Positions 1 through 13,170 of a DNA stretch of 64,000 bases are shown here, piece after piece (position 1 is the stretch's first letter; every line of letters begins with the position of its first letter). Under the pieces are notes generated by a model. That model did not search any database. It was not told the DNA's origin and was given only the letters and a program-made list of their open reading frames with translations. The DNA comes from Octopus vulgaris. Lineage: Eukaryota. The stretch is from contig OX597834.1 in the NCBI GenBank assembly GCA_951406725.2, forward strand, positions 20,212,001 to 20,276,000. Reading direction: 5' to 3'. The position numbers and the translations under genes are program-made.

Positions 1-9
1 ATGGCGACC

Positions 10-58
<49 letters not shown>

Positions 59-59
59 T

Positions 60-226
60 ACAGGGCTGGAACAGGTTTTCTATGTACCACATGTCAGGTG
101 TTGAAGCGACTGCAAAGCAATGTTCGATGAAGTGTATTGCTCAAGAACACAATGTATCACCTGGTTCAGGAACTGAATCCACGATCTTGTGATTGTCAGA
201 GCAGCACTTTAACCACTGGGTCATGT
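60..226 (-). mobile_element. Degenerate tRNA-derived SINE head (family D)
   Basis: Reverse complement reads catgacccagtggttaaagtgc...ggattcagttcc...attgtgttcttgagcaatacacttc (A/B-box-like); similar to 21751-22075 and 40865-41088. Confidence 0.55.
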
Positions 227-624
227 ACTCTCAGACAAACATGTAGCTAATCAATTTATTTCTGCAGCAAATCTGGTGACCTTGGAGAAACAGACAAATA
301 AGCATACTATAAACATTTACGATGTTGATAAAAGATATGAATGACAGGTTTCTGCACAAATTTCACAGACACACATAGATATATACCACAGGATATGAAA
401 ATGTTTATGATACCCTACTGGCCTCGATCTTGATCACTCCTTCTCTCTCTCCTCTTTCTCCCTCTCTCTCTCTCTTTTCTCTTTCTCCCTCGCTCTGTCT
501 CTCTCTCTGGGTATCCATGTATCTCCTCTACAGCAAGACACCTGTTTCTGTCTCCCTCTCACACTCTAACCTGTCATCATCTGACTCAAGATGCCCTCCT
601 TCATTTCCCCCTCCCCTCTCAAAT

Positions 625-1052
625 GATTTTTGTCTTGCAAGTCACTCGGTGACCCTGCCAGTGCTGGTGCCATGTGAACAACATTCAGTCCACACTGTAA
701 AGTGGTTGGCATTTGGAAGGGCATCCAGTTGTAAGCACCTTGCTAAAACTGACCTTACCTGTACTTGGACCATGTAAAAAGCACTCAATCCACTCTGCAG
801 AGTGGTTGGCATTCGGAAGGGCATCCAGCTGTAAAAACCAAGCCAAAACTGACCTTGCCTGCACTGGTTCCACGTAAAAAGCATTCAGTCCACACTGCAG
901 GGTGGTTGGTGTTAGGAAGGGAATTCAGTCATAAAAACCATGCCAAAACAGACACAGAAGACTGATGCAGTCTTCTACCTGGCCAGATCCTGTCAAATCG
1001 TCCAACCCATGCCAGCATGGAAGGTGGATGTTAAATAATGATGATGATGATG
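625..1052 (+). mobile_element. RTE 3'UTR-derived fragment with three internal ~115-bp modules and (GAT)n tail
   Basis: Three copies of gtggttggcatt(t/c)ggaagggcatccag-like module, then cgtccaacccatgccagcatgg...gatgatgatg, matching the 3' end of the RTE at 43345-43510. Confidence 0.7.
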
Positions 1053-1359
1053 AGTTCACCACACCTAATTTATTCATCAACATGTGGCTCTCACAAAAGC
1101 GACTTACTCATTGTGCCGTGGACAAAATTTGTTAAGTGCAACTATAATGGGAACAGGGACATCAGGTTGCGCATTAAAATTCTAAAGATCTGATGCCCTA
1201 GCATGGCCAGTACCTCACTGGTTTGAACCAAATAATGTGATTTCCGTGCAATGCAGTTTTTAGTTCTTTTCCATTATAACACACAAACAAAAATTAATAT
1301 AAATAGTGTTATGTGTGTGTAGATGTGAGTGGGTGCACATATATATGTTTGTTGCATGT

Positions 1360-1368
1360 AAGTATATA

Positions 1369-1434
<66 letters not shown>

Positions 1435-1439
1435 TATAT

Positions 1440-1488
<49 letters not shown>

Positions 1489-1927
1489 ACACACAGATAT
1501 ATACATATGTATATGCATACACACAGACACACACACAGAATGTCTTTGTATGTATGTGTTCATATTAAAATAAGTGCTTTCATTAATATATATGATCGCA
1601 TGTAGGTGTATATATCTTTATAAAATCTGTGTAGGTGTATATAAGCAAGTGTGAAGCTCTCTCACTCATTTCTTTTATACAAGCATATGTTAATGCATAT
1701 ACAGACTTACATATATATACACACACACACATATATATATATATAAATGTATATACATGAATATATATATATATGTATGTATGTATAAACATTTATATGT
1801 ACATATATATATAAATGTATATACGTATATATATGTATATATAAATGTGTGTGTATATATATATATGTATGTATGTATGTATAAACATATATATGTATAT
1901 ATATATGTATGTATAAACATATATATG

Positions 1928-1962
<35 letters not shown>

Positions 1963-2000
1963 GTATAAATGTATATACATATATATATATGTATATATAA

Positions 2001-2035
<35 letters not shown>
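1360..2035. repeat. (TA)n/(CA)n/(TATG)n compound microsatellite field
   Basis: Direct inspection. Confidence 0.9.
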
Positions 2036-2036
<1 letters not shown>

Positions 2037-2559
2037 AAATCTACGTAATTTTATACATATGTAGTATATGCATGTGTGTTTATGTGTATACTTTTGTATG
2101 TTTATATTCATATATGCACACACATGAACCTAGCAATGAAGCATGTAGCTCAACAGTGGATTCATTTATTAGTTTAGTTGTCCATATAAATAGAGACCAG
2201 CATAATACAAAACTATTAAACTGACTTCAAAGAAATCAGATACATATTTAAAGCCATATGTACACATACATGCTTGTTTATCTTCACACCCACCTACAAA
2301 CATTCATGCAATCACACAGAGCTCCATCTATAGAAATACATAGCAACTGTTGCACTTCTGTATATAGATGATAGTTTGTGCTAACGTGTGTATATATTAT
2401 CATAATAATATCTCTCTCTCTCTCTATATATATATATACATATGTAATATTTCCTGTGTACACTAACCACTCACATATATGTTGATACACACATACATAG
2501 AAATAGAATGTTAACTTTAGCATTATTCTATTTCTCCTTCTGTGTTTCTATCCATCCAG

Positions 2560-2606
2560 TAGTCTGTCTGTCTGTCTACCTGCCTGCCAATCTGTCTGTC
2601 TATCTG

Positions 2607-2678
<72 letters not shown>

Positions 2679-2852
2679 CTAGTACCTATCTATCTCTGTC
2701 CATCCATCCATATGTCTAGATGTATGCCTGTCTGTCTGTCCGTCCGTCCGTCCGTTAGTCCATCCGTTCGTCTGTTTGTCTATTCATCCATCCATCCATC
2801 TGTTCATCTGTCCATCTATCCATCAGTCTGTCCATCTGTTTGTCTGTCTGTC
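2560..2852. repeat. (TATC)n/(TGTC)n/(TCCA)n tetranucleotide repeats
   Basis: Direct inspection. Confidence 0.9.
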
Positions 2853-3309
2853 TGGTGCAGCCATCTGGTTCGCCAGACCTCAGTCAAATCATCCAACCCA
2901 TGCTAGCATGGAAAGTGGACGTTAAACGATGATGATGATATATATATATATTTACTACACTCTCGGAGTGGTTGGCCTTAGGAAGGGCATTCAGCTGTAG
3001 AAACTCTGCCAGATCAGATTGGAGTCCAATGCAGCCATCTGGTTCGCCAGACCTCAGTCAAATCGTCCAACCCATGCTAGCATGGAAAGCGGACGTTAAA
3101 CGATGATGATGATATATATATATATATATATATATCATCATCATCACCATCGTTTTACACTCTTGGAGTGGTTGGCACTAGGAAGGGCATCCAGCTGTAG
3201 AAACTCTGCCAGATCAGATTGGAGTCCAATGCAGCCATCTGGTTCGCCAGACCTCAGTCAAATCGTCCAACCCATGCTAGCATGGAAAGCGGACGTTAAA
3301 CGATGATGA

Positions 3310-3347
<38 letters not shown>

Positions 3348-3541
3348 TCATCATCATCATCATCGTTTTACACTCTTGGAGTGGTTGGCGCTAGGAAGGG
3401 CATCCAGCTGTAGAAACTCTGCCAGATCAGATTGGAGTCCGGTGCAGTCATCTGGTTCGCCAGACCTCAGTCAAATCGTCCAACCCATGCTAGCATGGAA
3501 AGCAGATGTTAAATGATGATGATGATTATGATGATGATGAT
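2853..3541 (+). mobile_element. Tandem array of 3.5 RTE-3'-end modules (~200 bp) separated by (TA)n
   Basis: Near-identical units acactct(c/t)ggagtggttggc...ccatgctagcatggaaagcggacgttaaacgatgatg; homologous to the RTE 3' terminus. Confidence 0.85.
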
Positions 3542-4114
3542 TACATAAAAACTTCTGCACTCTAGTAAAATAAACATTTAATTAAATCTCGGTTGAGTTA
3601 TAATTACCTTAGTAGTGAAATTCAGATAATTTCTGTACAAGCCTGTGTTTCCTTGTTGCTAAACACATTTCGCTGTTTCCTGCCTTAGTTCTCTGACAAG
3701 ATCCAAATCCCACTTCAACTAAATGCTCTTATTCTACTAAGCTTTTAATTCTGCAAATTCCTCGTAAAACTCATTACAGTTTCTCGATATATTTCCAATC
3801 ATTCAATACACACACAATTCCCACAGATTTTGCAAAAGCCAGCTTCCTAATCCTGGTTTTCAATTTACCTGTCAGATTACAGAATTTAGTACTTTCCAAA
3901 AACAAAAACTAAAAAATAAACAAGCAAAATAAAATAGAGAAAAAAAAACAAAAAAACAGACAAACAAAAGAAAATGTTTTTTGAGTTAATAAAATGTAGA
4001 GTAAAAATTTAATTATAGAAGTTGTTGCTTTCTTTTTCTTTTTTCCCCTCCTCAGCAATAACAAGGTGGACTCAAAATAAGTTATTTTTGCTACCTTAGA
4101 TTTTAAAATACTCA

Positions 4115-4250
4115 GTGAGGTTCACAAGCTTGCTTTGCAGCCGTTCCCATTGTGCTGCACCTTGGGCAAGTGTCTCCAACCATAGCCATGGGCTGACCAA
4201 TGCTTTGTGAGTGAACTTGGTTGATGAGAACTGTGAGGAAACATGTTGTG
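4115..4250 (+). mobile_element. SINE family A, 5' fragment
   Basis: gcaccttgggcaagtgtct...gaccaatgctttgtgagtg matches 37131-37290. Confidence 0.6.
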
Positions 4251-4379
4251 TGCATGTATGTGCGTATGTAACAACACACATGCTGTTGAAGATTTTTTCC
4301 TCTATCTTTGGACTTTTCCCTTTTTCTCTCCTTCCACTGAGAACCAAACTAATACATTCCTTGTGCATGTCCTCTTCTT

Positions 4380-4548
4380 GTTTTGTGTCCCAAGAAGGAA
4401 AGGTATGCATAAGCAGACTGGCTACATCCCAGGTAGAGGCCACGGGTTATGGTCTCACTTGTCCTGCTGGGTCTTCTCACGCACAGCATACTTCCAAAGG
4501 TCTCGGTCACTAGTCATTGCCTCGATGAGACCTAATGTTTGAAGGTCG
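4380..4548 (-). mobile_element. RTE fragment (ORF end and start of 3'UTR)
   Basis: Aligns by eye with 43877-44046 (ttttgtgtcccaagaagg...tcacttgtcctg...gaaggtcg). Confidence 0.8.
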
Positions 4549-4659
4549 AACATATACATATATATATATGAACATTATACAGGTCGAACATATATATATA
4601 TATATATATGAACATTATATAGGTCGAACATATTTATATATGAAGGTATTCATTCTTGC

Positions 4660-4875
4660 TTTTGTTGTGTTTGTTCCAACCACTTGGGAACTGGTGTTGG
4701 TTTGTTTACATCCCCATAACTCTGCAGTTCAGCAAAAGAGACCAATAGAATGAGTACAGATGTCAAATAAAAAAAAAAGGAAGAACTAAGTACTGGGGAT
4801 AAATTTATCCAGCTAAACCTTTCAAGGCAGTGCCCCAGCATGGCCAAGTCCAAAGCCATAAACAAGTAAAAGATA
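4660..4875 (+). mobile_element. SINE family A, 3' fragment
   Basis: gttcagcaaaagagaccaatagaat...ggcagtgccccagcatggcc...aacaagtaaaag. Confidence 0.65.
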
Positions 4876-5154
4876 CAACATTTTCAAGCCTAGAATTGTT
4901 GAGGATTACAGTCTTAGCTAACACAAGATGGTAGTTCAGAACTAATATTTCATCCATTTTACCAATAGATTGGCAGCTAGTAATACTGCTTTTTTCTTTC
5001 TTCCTTTTCTTTTCCCAAGATCACTTAGCATCCTTCGTTACCCATAATTAATTTCCTAATTACATGTGTTGTATGTATGTCACATTTTATATCCACTATT
5101 TAATGATATGTTTTGCTTGGTTTATGATACTTGATGTTTACTTTTATGCTATTT

Positions 5155-5198
5155 CTGTCTATCTATCTATCTACCTACCTACCTACCTACCTACCTAC

Positions 5199-5293
<95 letters not shown>

Positions 5294-5373
5294 TCTATCT
5301 ACCTACCTACCTACCTACATACCTATCTATCTATCTACCTATCTACCTATCTATCCATCTATCTATCTATCTT

Positions 5374-5409
<36 letters not shown>

Positions 5410-5490
5410 CCTCTCTCTTTCTCTCTCTCTCTATCTATCTATCTATCTACCTATCAATATCTGTGTTTATCTATCTATCTATCAATATCT
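5155..5490. repeat. (TATC)n/(TACC)n/(TGTC)n microsatellite
   Basis: Direct inspection. Confidence 0.9.
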
Positions 5491-6085
5491 ACCTTTTCCT
5501 CACAGTTCAAAATAAAATGCATTATTTTTCTTGTTTTTGTTTTTCACACCTAATTTGTTTATCTTATGTTTGTTCTTTAAATTAATTAATTTATTTAGTT
5601 ACCCACTTAATGATTTACTTTTGCCTACTTCAAAAGAATTTCTTAATTCAGACACGAAAGCCTTTTCCTCCGTCTTCTTATTCATTTAATTATTTGTTTA
5701 CTGATCATTATTATTATTATTATCATTATTATTATTATTATTATTATTGTTATTATTATTATTATTATCTGCAACAAATCAAAGCATGTTCCAAGAGGTA
5801 TTGGTGAGTGAGTGGAACTGTTTGTTCAGGATGGACCCAAACAACTAGCAAAGACCAACAATCTAACCCCTTCATCTTCCTCCTCTTCCAGTCCTTCCCT
5901 CTTCTTCCTCCTCCTCCTTCACCTTCTCCCTTGTATCAACTAAAATTAGTCATTAATCTCCACAAACCTCTGTAAATTATTTTCTTTTAATCATTCTATT
6001 TTACAAATCAGCAAAGGATTTGGGGGTGGGGTGGGGAAGCTTTTTTCAGTGCCACATGGACATAAGCTTTGATAAAATAAAAAAC

Positions 6086-6555
6086 CTTCTTCTTCTTCTT
6101 CTTCTTCTTCTTCTTCTTCTTCTTCTTCTTCTTCTTCTTCCTCCTCCTCCACCGCTTTCTCTCTCTCTTTTCTCCTTTTCTTTTCCCCTCCTTCTCTCTC
6201 CCCTTGTCTCCACTCCACTCCTCCTCTTCCCCCACTTCTCCTCCTCATCTCTCTTCTTCCCCTTTCTCAGTCTCCTCTTCCTCCTCTCCTGCTTTCCCTC
6301 TCTTTTTCCTGCCCAGCTTCTCCTCCCCTCCTCCTCCCACTCCCTTGTTCTTCCCTTCTGCTCCTCTTTCTCCTCCTCCTCCTTCTTCTTACTATTATCA
6401 TTATTATTATTATTGTTATTATCATTATCATTAGTAATGAAAATAACATCAACAGCAACACCATTAATATTAATGATGGTGATAATAGTAATAATAATAA
6501 TAATAATAATAATGATAATAATAATAATAATGAAAATAATAATGATAATAATCAA
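6086..6555. repeat. (CTT)n, polypyrimidine tract and (TAT)/(AAT)n low-complexity block
   Basis: Direct inspection. Confidence 0.85.
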
Positions 6556-6889
6556 GCATACCACCTCTGTCACCTTCACAACTCCAACAATAACCAGCAA
6601 CAACAAGAGTGGTGGTAGTGGTTATTAAAATGTTTTGACATCTTTTTACCTAAATAGATGAGGTGACATCAAAAGTTACTCCTGACATGTTCCGCCACCA
6701 CCACCACCACTGTGACCATCCCCACTATTCACCTATCTCCTTTAAATAGGTCAAGCAAAACTGTAATCTCTCCCACTGTATCACACCCTTCTCCACCTCT
6801 GAAATGATCCCTTCCTCTCTTTTTGCTGTAGTAAATAACCCACCTTCCTCTGAACAAATTTCTTGTGAGTTAATTTGATGAGGTGTTTA

Positions 6890-7961
6890 AGGCGGCAAGC
6901 TGGCAGAAACGTTAGCACACTGGGCGAAATGCATGGCCGTATATCGTCTGTCGTTACGTTGTGAGTTCAAATTCTGCTGAGGTCGACTTTGCCTTTCATC
7001 CTTCCGGGTCAATTAAATAAGTACTGGGGTCGATGTAATTGACTTAATCCGTTAGTCTGTCCTTGTTTGTCCCCTCTATGTTTAGCCCCTTCTGGGTAGT
7101 AAAGAAATAGGTATTTCGTCTGTCTTTACGTTGTGAGTTCAAATTCTGCTGAGGTCGACTTTGCCTTTCATCCTTCCGGGTCAATTAAATAAGTACTGGG
7201 GTCGATGTAATTGACTTAATCCGTTAGTCTGTCCTTGTTTGTCCCCTCTATGTTTAGCCCCTTCTGGGTAGTAAAGAAATAGGTATTTCGTCTGTCGTTA
7301 CGTTGTGAGTTCAAATTCTGCTGAGGTCGACTTTGCCTTTCATCCTTCCGGGTCAATTAAATAAGTACTGGGGTCGATGTAATTGACTTAATCCGTTAGT
7401 CTGTCCTTGTTTGTCCCCTCTATGTTTAGCTCCTTCTGGGTAGTAAAGAAATAGGTATTTCGTCTGTCGTTACGTTGTGAGTTCAAATTCTGCTGAGGTC
7501 GACTTTGCCTTTCATCCTTCCGGGTCAATTAAATAAGTACTGGGGTCGATGTAATTGACTTAATCCGTTAGTCTGTCCTTGTTTGTCCCCTCTATGTTTA
7601 GCCCCTTCTGGGTAGTAAAGAAATAGGTATTTCGTCTGTCGTTACGTTGTGAGTTCAAATTCTGCTGAGGTCGACTTTGCCTTTCATCCTTCCGGGTCAA
7701 TTAAATAAGTACTGGGGTCGATGTAATTGACTTAATCCGTTAGTCTGTCCTTGTTTGTCCCCTCTATGTTTAGCTCCTTCTGGGTAGTAAAGAAATAGGT
7801 ATTTCGTCTGTCTTTACGTTCTGAGTACAAAGTCTGCCGAGTTCGACTTCGCCTTTCATCCTTTGAGAGTCAATAAATTAAGAACCAGTTGTGTACACAG
7901 TTGATCAAATCGACTGAGCCCCTCCCTAAAATTTCCAGGCCTTGTGCTTAGAGTAGAAAAG
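6890..7961 (+). mobile_element. SINE family B with internal 5x172-bp tandem expansion; 18-bp TSD
   Basis: Head ggcggcaagctggcagaaacgttagc; units start at 6944, 7116, 7288, 7460, 7632, with a distinct terminal monomer from 7804; aatttgat(g/a)aggtgttta flanks at 6872-6889 and 7962-7979. Confidence 0.9.
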
Positions 7962-8308
7962 AATTTGATAAGGTGTTTAGCAATGTAACTTTTTAGCTGA
8001 TGATGTGGCTTCAGTATTAGGGGATGGCAACAGGAACTTTATTTTATTGCTTGGTTTTATTGTCTTGCTTGCACCTTGCCTCTGGCCTACAGAGCCTGGT
8101 GGAGCCAAAGAGCACTGTTATGACATACAACAAATTTTGTGTATTATAAACTTGGCAGAGCCCATCTTGAGGCGTGGAAGTGTGAGAAATAAGAACTGAC
8201 CCTGGCATATGTCTGACCTGATATGGGGAAAGGCCAAGTTGACTGACTTTGCTGGGTATTGAACCTACATTTCTCTTTTCTCTTTTATCTTTTACTTGTC
8301 TCATTCCT

Positions 8309-8570
8309 GCAATACACTGGTGCAAGCGTTCCTGCCACTTTTGGAATCTGGCCTGGAAGTTGTTTTCCATTAGTGAGTCAAGGACCTTCTGAGATATGCT
8401 CTGGATCTCAAGAACCCAAATTTCACAACTTGTAAAGTAAACACAGTGATGTCACTTGGCACTCTGCCTTATGAAAGTTACTTCCTGCACTCACAGCACA
8501 TGCAACTGTGTGCTGCCATCTGTTGGTGCGCTACAGAACTAGCCCGGGAACTTTTTGACCACCACCTCAT
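8309..8570 (-). mobile_element. Mariner-type DNA transposon remnant
   Basis: Minus strand encodes EIQSISQKVLDSLMENNFQARFQKWQERLHQCIA (mariner transposase C-terminus-like); TIR-like end reads tatgaggtggtggtcaaaaagttc in reverse complement. Confidence 0.65.
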
Positions 8571-8648
8571 ATTTATTATTCCCATAACTACAACTTCCAC
8601 CTTATGTCTATCTGTATTTCAATTTTGATATTGTTTTCTCCAGATAAT

Positions 8649-8790
8649 AGGCATGGGTGTGCTTTCCAACCACAGGGTTCCAGGTTCAGTTCCACTGTGT
8701 AGCAACTTGGACAAGTGTCTTCTGCTATAGCCTCATGCTGACCAAAGCTTTGTAAGTGGATCTGGTAGATGGAAACTGAAAGAAGGCCAT

Positions 8791-8853
<63 letters not shown>

Positions 8854-9062
8854 ACGTGCGTTTGTTTGTTCCCCACCACTGATTGACAGTCAGTGTTGGT
8901 GCGTTTCCTTCCCAGTAACTTATCAGTTCACCAAAAGAGACTAACAGAATAACTACCGGTTTTAAAAAACAATAATTACTGTGATTGACTTGTTCAGCTA
9001 AAACTCTTCATGCCAGTGTTCCAGCATGGCCACAGTCTAATGACTGAAACAAGTAAAAGAAT
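8649..9062 (+). mobile_element. SINE family A, full length, internal (TG)n
   Basis: Colinear with 37131-37549. Confidence 0.8.
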
Positions 9063-9138
9063 AATTTTTCCTGTAATGTTTACTTTCATCATTTTTAATA
9101 TTATTATTATTATTATTACTATTATTATTATTATCATT

Positions 9139-9340
9139 AAGGTGGTGAACTGGAGAAATAGTTAGCACATCTGATGAAATGCTTAGTGGTAATTCACCTG
9201 TGTTTATGTTCTCAGTTCAAGTTCCACCAAGGTTGACTTTGCCGTTCATCCTTCCGGGGATCAATAAAATAAACATCAGTTGAGTACTGAGATCGATGTA
9301 AATCCCCAAATTGCAGGCCTTGTGATTATAACAGAAAGGA
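9139..9340 (+). mobile_element. SINE family B between (ATT)n tracts
   Basis: aaggtggtgaactgg...gttgactttgccgttcatccttccgggg...ggccttgtg. Confidence 0.7.
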
Positions 9341-10070
9341 TTATTATTATTATTATTATTATTACTCTTAGTATCTTTACCATTTCCTAATAATATTTTA
9401 CTGTTTACATCGTATTTCAATACAGTTACTGTCACTATTATAATTGCTAGGACTATTACTATCACTGTTTTCGTAATATCTTTTGTTACTCCACCCCAGA
9501 GGAAATGAGTAAACCATGCTACCACACATTTAATAATCTTCTCTGAAGAGATGAACGTTGCCACAACTGGTCATGTTGTAAGAACTCAATGAACAAGTGT
9601 GTGTGAAGGTCAGCTATATATTGCAATGTGTATTCATGTCTATTGATGCAATTTATTCATTCAACACACGCAAGCGCAGTCACATATGCACATAGCGTAA
9701 ATATATATATATATTGATACATATATATATATACATATATATATGTATAAATACACACACACATATATGTATGTATGTATATATTCAAAAGTAAATAAGC
9801 TACACAGGAGTGTTTTATATGACTATGTACATATGTACGTGAGAAAGACTCTCTATGTGTGTGTATCTGTGTGTGTGTGTGTATGTATATGAAAATGTGA
9901 TTTATGTATGAATGTGTATGTGTATGCATGAGCATTGATTTCTTCTTTCTCATTAATAAATCCTGTTTGGTTTCTCTTTCTAATTCATGCCTTTGATCTA
10001 TCTATTAATCTCAAATACAATTTATCTAAAACAGGCGCAATATACGTATACTCGTGTCTAGTTAAGCAAG

Positions 10071-10104
<34 letters not shown>

Positions 10105-10204
10105 TGCATCTGTGTGCCTAATGTCAGTTTACACAGTGGTGTATGTAAGCACACACATACATAGATGTAGGTGTTTGCATTATGTAAGTAACATAAGTAC
10201 ATAG

Positions 10205-10253
10205 ATGTATATATGTAAGCATTTATATATATATACATACATATATATATATG

Positions 10254-10342
<89 letters not shown>

Positions 10343-10476
10343 CATAGTATATATATATATATATATACATATACATAGTACATATATATATATATATATA
10401 CATATACATAGTACATATATATATATATATATACATATACATAGTACATATATATATATATATATACATATACATA

Positions 10477-10528
<52 letters not shown>

Positions 10529-10831
10529 ATGTATATATACACGGAAATTGAGACTGATTGAGAGAGGGAGAGAGAGGTGTCTGCATATATGTAAATACAT
10601 TTTTTGTATGTTAGTAGGTTTATATATTTATGTGTTTATATGTGTGTATGTTTGTGTGTGTGTATGTGTATATACATATATATCTGTATGTAGATAGATG
10701 TACATATAAACACATATATATATACATATACACATACATACATGTGTACACTGAAGCATACACACACACATATATACATATACACATGCATAAACATATA
10801 TACAAATCAACACACACGTGTACATGTATGC

Positions 10832-10863
<32 letters not shown>

Positions 10864-11115
10864 TTACATATGTATGCATATACATACACATATATATACA
10901 TATATATATATATATACATACATACACATGCACACACATACATATGTATACATATATGAATATACATGTATATATATATACATACACACATGCACGCACA
11001 CACACATGCACAAACACACATATATGTATATGCATGTAGACACACAATGTGTACGTGTGCATGTGTATGTGGATCTGTGTATATGTACATGCATATGTTT
11101 GCGTCTACATGTATG
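10205..11115. repeat. (TA)n/(CA)n field with ~5 tandem 'tatacatatacatagtaca(ta)n' units at ~10330-10500
   Basis: Direct inspection. Confidence 0.85.
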
Positions 11116-11545
11116 CATGGGTCAGTATACATTGGGATGTTGCATCCATGTGACCAATGACGCAAGTTATTTATTCAACACTCATCAGAAATTTAACATA
11201 GCACCAAATATATAAAAAAAAAGGTAATTCGGAAATGGGAACAGAAATGAATGGCGACAAAATAAATAACCAACCAAATAAACAAAAAAAAAAGACAAAA
11301 ATACAAAATGCATTGCATGATGGGTAAACAATCCCAACATGCAACGTAAGCAATGGAAATTGTTGATGTTGTGATAAAATGGATTCAACTGAAGGAAATA
11401 ACAAGACAATGGCGTGTAAAACAAGGAAAATACTTGGATGAGATGGTTTCTATAAAATGGGATATGTTTTCCTTGCATAATATTACCAAATTTCCTTTTA
11501 TTTATTTACAATATATATAAACAAATATATAAGCGTGTGTAGCAT

Positions 11546-11576
<31 letters not shown>

Positions 11577-11662
11577 AATATATATATGTATATATATATA
11601 TATATATGTGCATGTGTAAAGGTTTGATAATGCAAACAAGGAAATTGAATTCAAAACATTAC

Positions 11663-11821
11663 ATCATCATCATCGTCCGTTTTCCATGCTAGCATGGGTT
11701 GGACAGTTCAACCAGGGTCTGGCAAGCGATGGAGGCTGCACCAGGCTCTAGTCTGATTTGGCAGTGTTTCTACAGCCGGATGCCCTTCTTGAGTGTAGTG
11801 GGTGTTTTTTACGTGCCACCG
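11663..11821 (-). mobile_element. RTE 3'-end fragment
   Basis: catcatcgtccgttttccatgctagcatgggttggac...ggatgccctt...acgtgccacc. Confidence 0.75.
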
Positions 11822-12067
11822 TACATATGTGAATTGCTAGACTGTGAGTTCAGTTCCCAGGTAGCACCTTGTGTTCTTGAGCAAGACACTTCATTCGATG
11901 TTGCTCCAGTCCCCCTTCGATCAGTGTGGAGTGTTGGCCTTTTCACCTAGCCAGCAAGGTGGCATCATTCAAAGGCTAAAATAATGCAAACATTCATTGG
12001 TAGTCTGGTTATTCATGCTCATGTGATACACGCACACATGCACACATATATATATGTGTGCGTGTGC

Positions 12068-12368
12068 GCGGAATGGCCCAGTGGTTAGGGCAGCGGACTT
12101 GTGGTTGTAGAATCGCGGTTTCGATTCCCAGACTGGGCGTTGTGTGTATTTATTGAGGGAAAACACCTAAAAGCTCCACGAGGCTCCAGCAGGGGATGGT
12201 GGTGACCCCTGTTGTACTCTTTTATCACAATTTTCCCTCGCTCTCTCTTCCTGTTTCTTGAGTAACGCTGCGATAGACTGGAGTCCCGTCCAGCTGGGTG
12301 GAACCCATACACCACAGAAACTGGGAAACCAGGTCCATGAGCCTGGTTAGGCTTGAAAAGGGTGACGT
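12068..12368 (+). mobile_element. tRNA-derived SINE (family E)
   Basis: A box tggcccagtggttagg and B box ggtttcgattcc, followed by a non-tRNA body and (TA)n. Confidence 0.7.
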
Positions 12369-12404
12369 TATATATATATATATCTATATATATATATATA
12401 TATG

Positions 12405-13097
12405 CTTTGTGGGAGTTAGATGTGGGCCCTGAATGTAGAAGACATGTGAAGGCTACAGACAGATGGAGCTAGTATGCTCCACTGGGTATGTAATGTAAAT
12501 GTACATGCTAGACAGAGTGCCGGTGTTCTGAGAGAGAAGTTAGGCATTGGTTGCTGTGTGCAAGAGAGAAGACTGCAATGGTTTGGTCAAGTGGTGCAGA
12601 TGAATGCTGGCAACTCCATAAAGAAGTGTCGATCTCTTGAAATAAATAGAACGTGTGGAAGCGGGAGACCCATGAAGACATGGGACGAAGTGCTGAAGAA
12701 TGATCTCAGGATGCTGTACCTTTCAGGTGAGATGACGACAGTCTGAGATACCTGGTGCTTTGCTGTACTCAAGAAAATCCATCTTTTGCAGCAGAAGTGT
12801 TACAGCTGCTCCCCCTGGAGAGGAGAACTGGCCTGCAAGAGTCTTCTGCCGGTATCATGTAAAAAGTACTTATACCGGTGCCACATAAAAGCACTCATGC
12901 AATGCCATGTTAAAAGCACCCACTTTATAGCACACACTTTGAAGTGGTTGGCATTTGGAAGGGCATCCAAATGTAAAAACTAAGCCGAATCAGACTGGAA
13001 CCTGGTGCAGCTCTCCAGCCTTGCTAGCTCCAATCAAAACCATCCAACCCTGGCCAGCATGAAAAATGGATGTTAAAGGGTGGTGATGATGTTGATG
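12405..13097 (+). mobile_element. Old 5'-truncated RTE (degraded ORF end and 3'UTR)
   Basis: ORF 12474-12746 (WVCNVNVHARQS...VQERRLQWFG...GRPMKTWDEV) is homologous to the C-terminus of the 990-aa ORF. Confidence 0.85.
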
Positions 13098-13123
13098 ATA
13101 CACACACACACACACACACACAT

Positions 13124-13170
<47 letters not shown>

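Noticed and set aside
1260-2224. Many ORFs rich in YI/HT/CV dipeptides here and throughout the window
   Set aside because: Translations of (TA)n/(CA)n microsatellites that lack stop codons
6944-7803. Regular repeat array resembling CRISPR
   Set aside because: Contiguous identical units with no unique spacers, no cas genes, eukaryotic SINE context
11185-11215. CTGATGA on the minus strand
   Set aside because: Followed by GAAT rather than GAAA and no pairing stems
12068-12140. Possible tRNA gene (also SINE heads at 21751 and 37131)
   Set aside because: A/B boxes present but no complete cloverleaf; continues into SINE body
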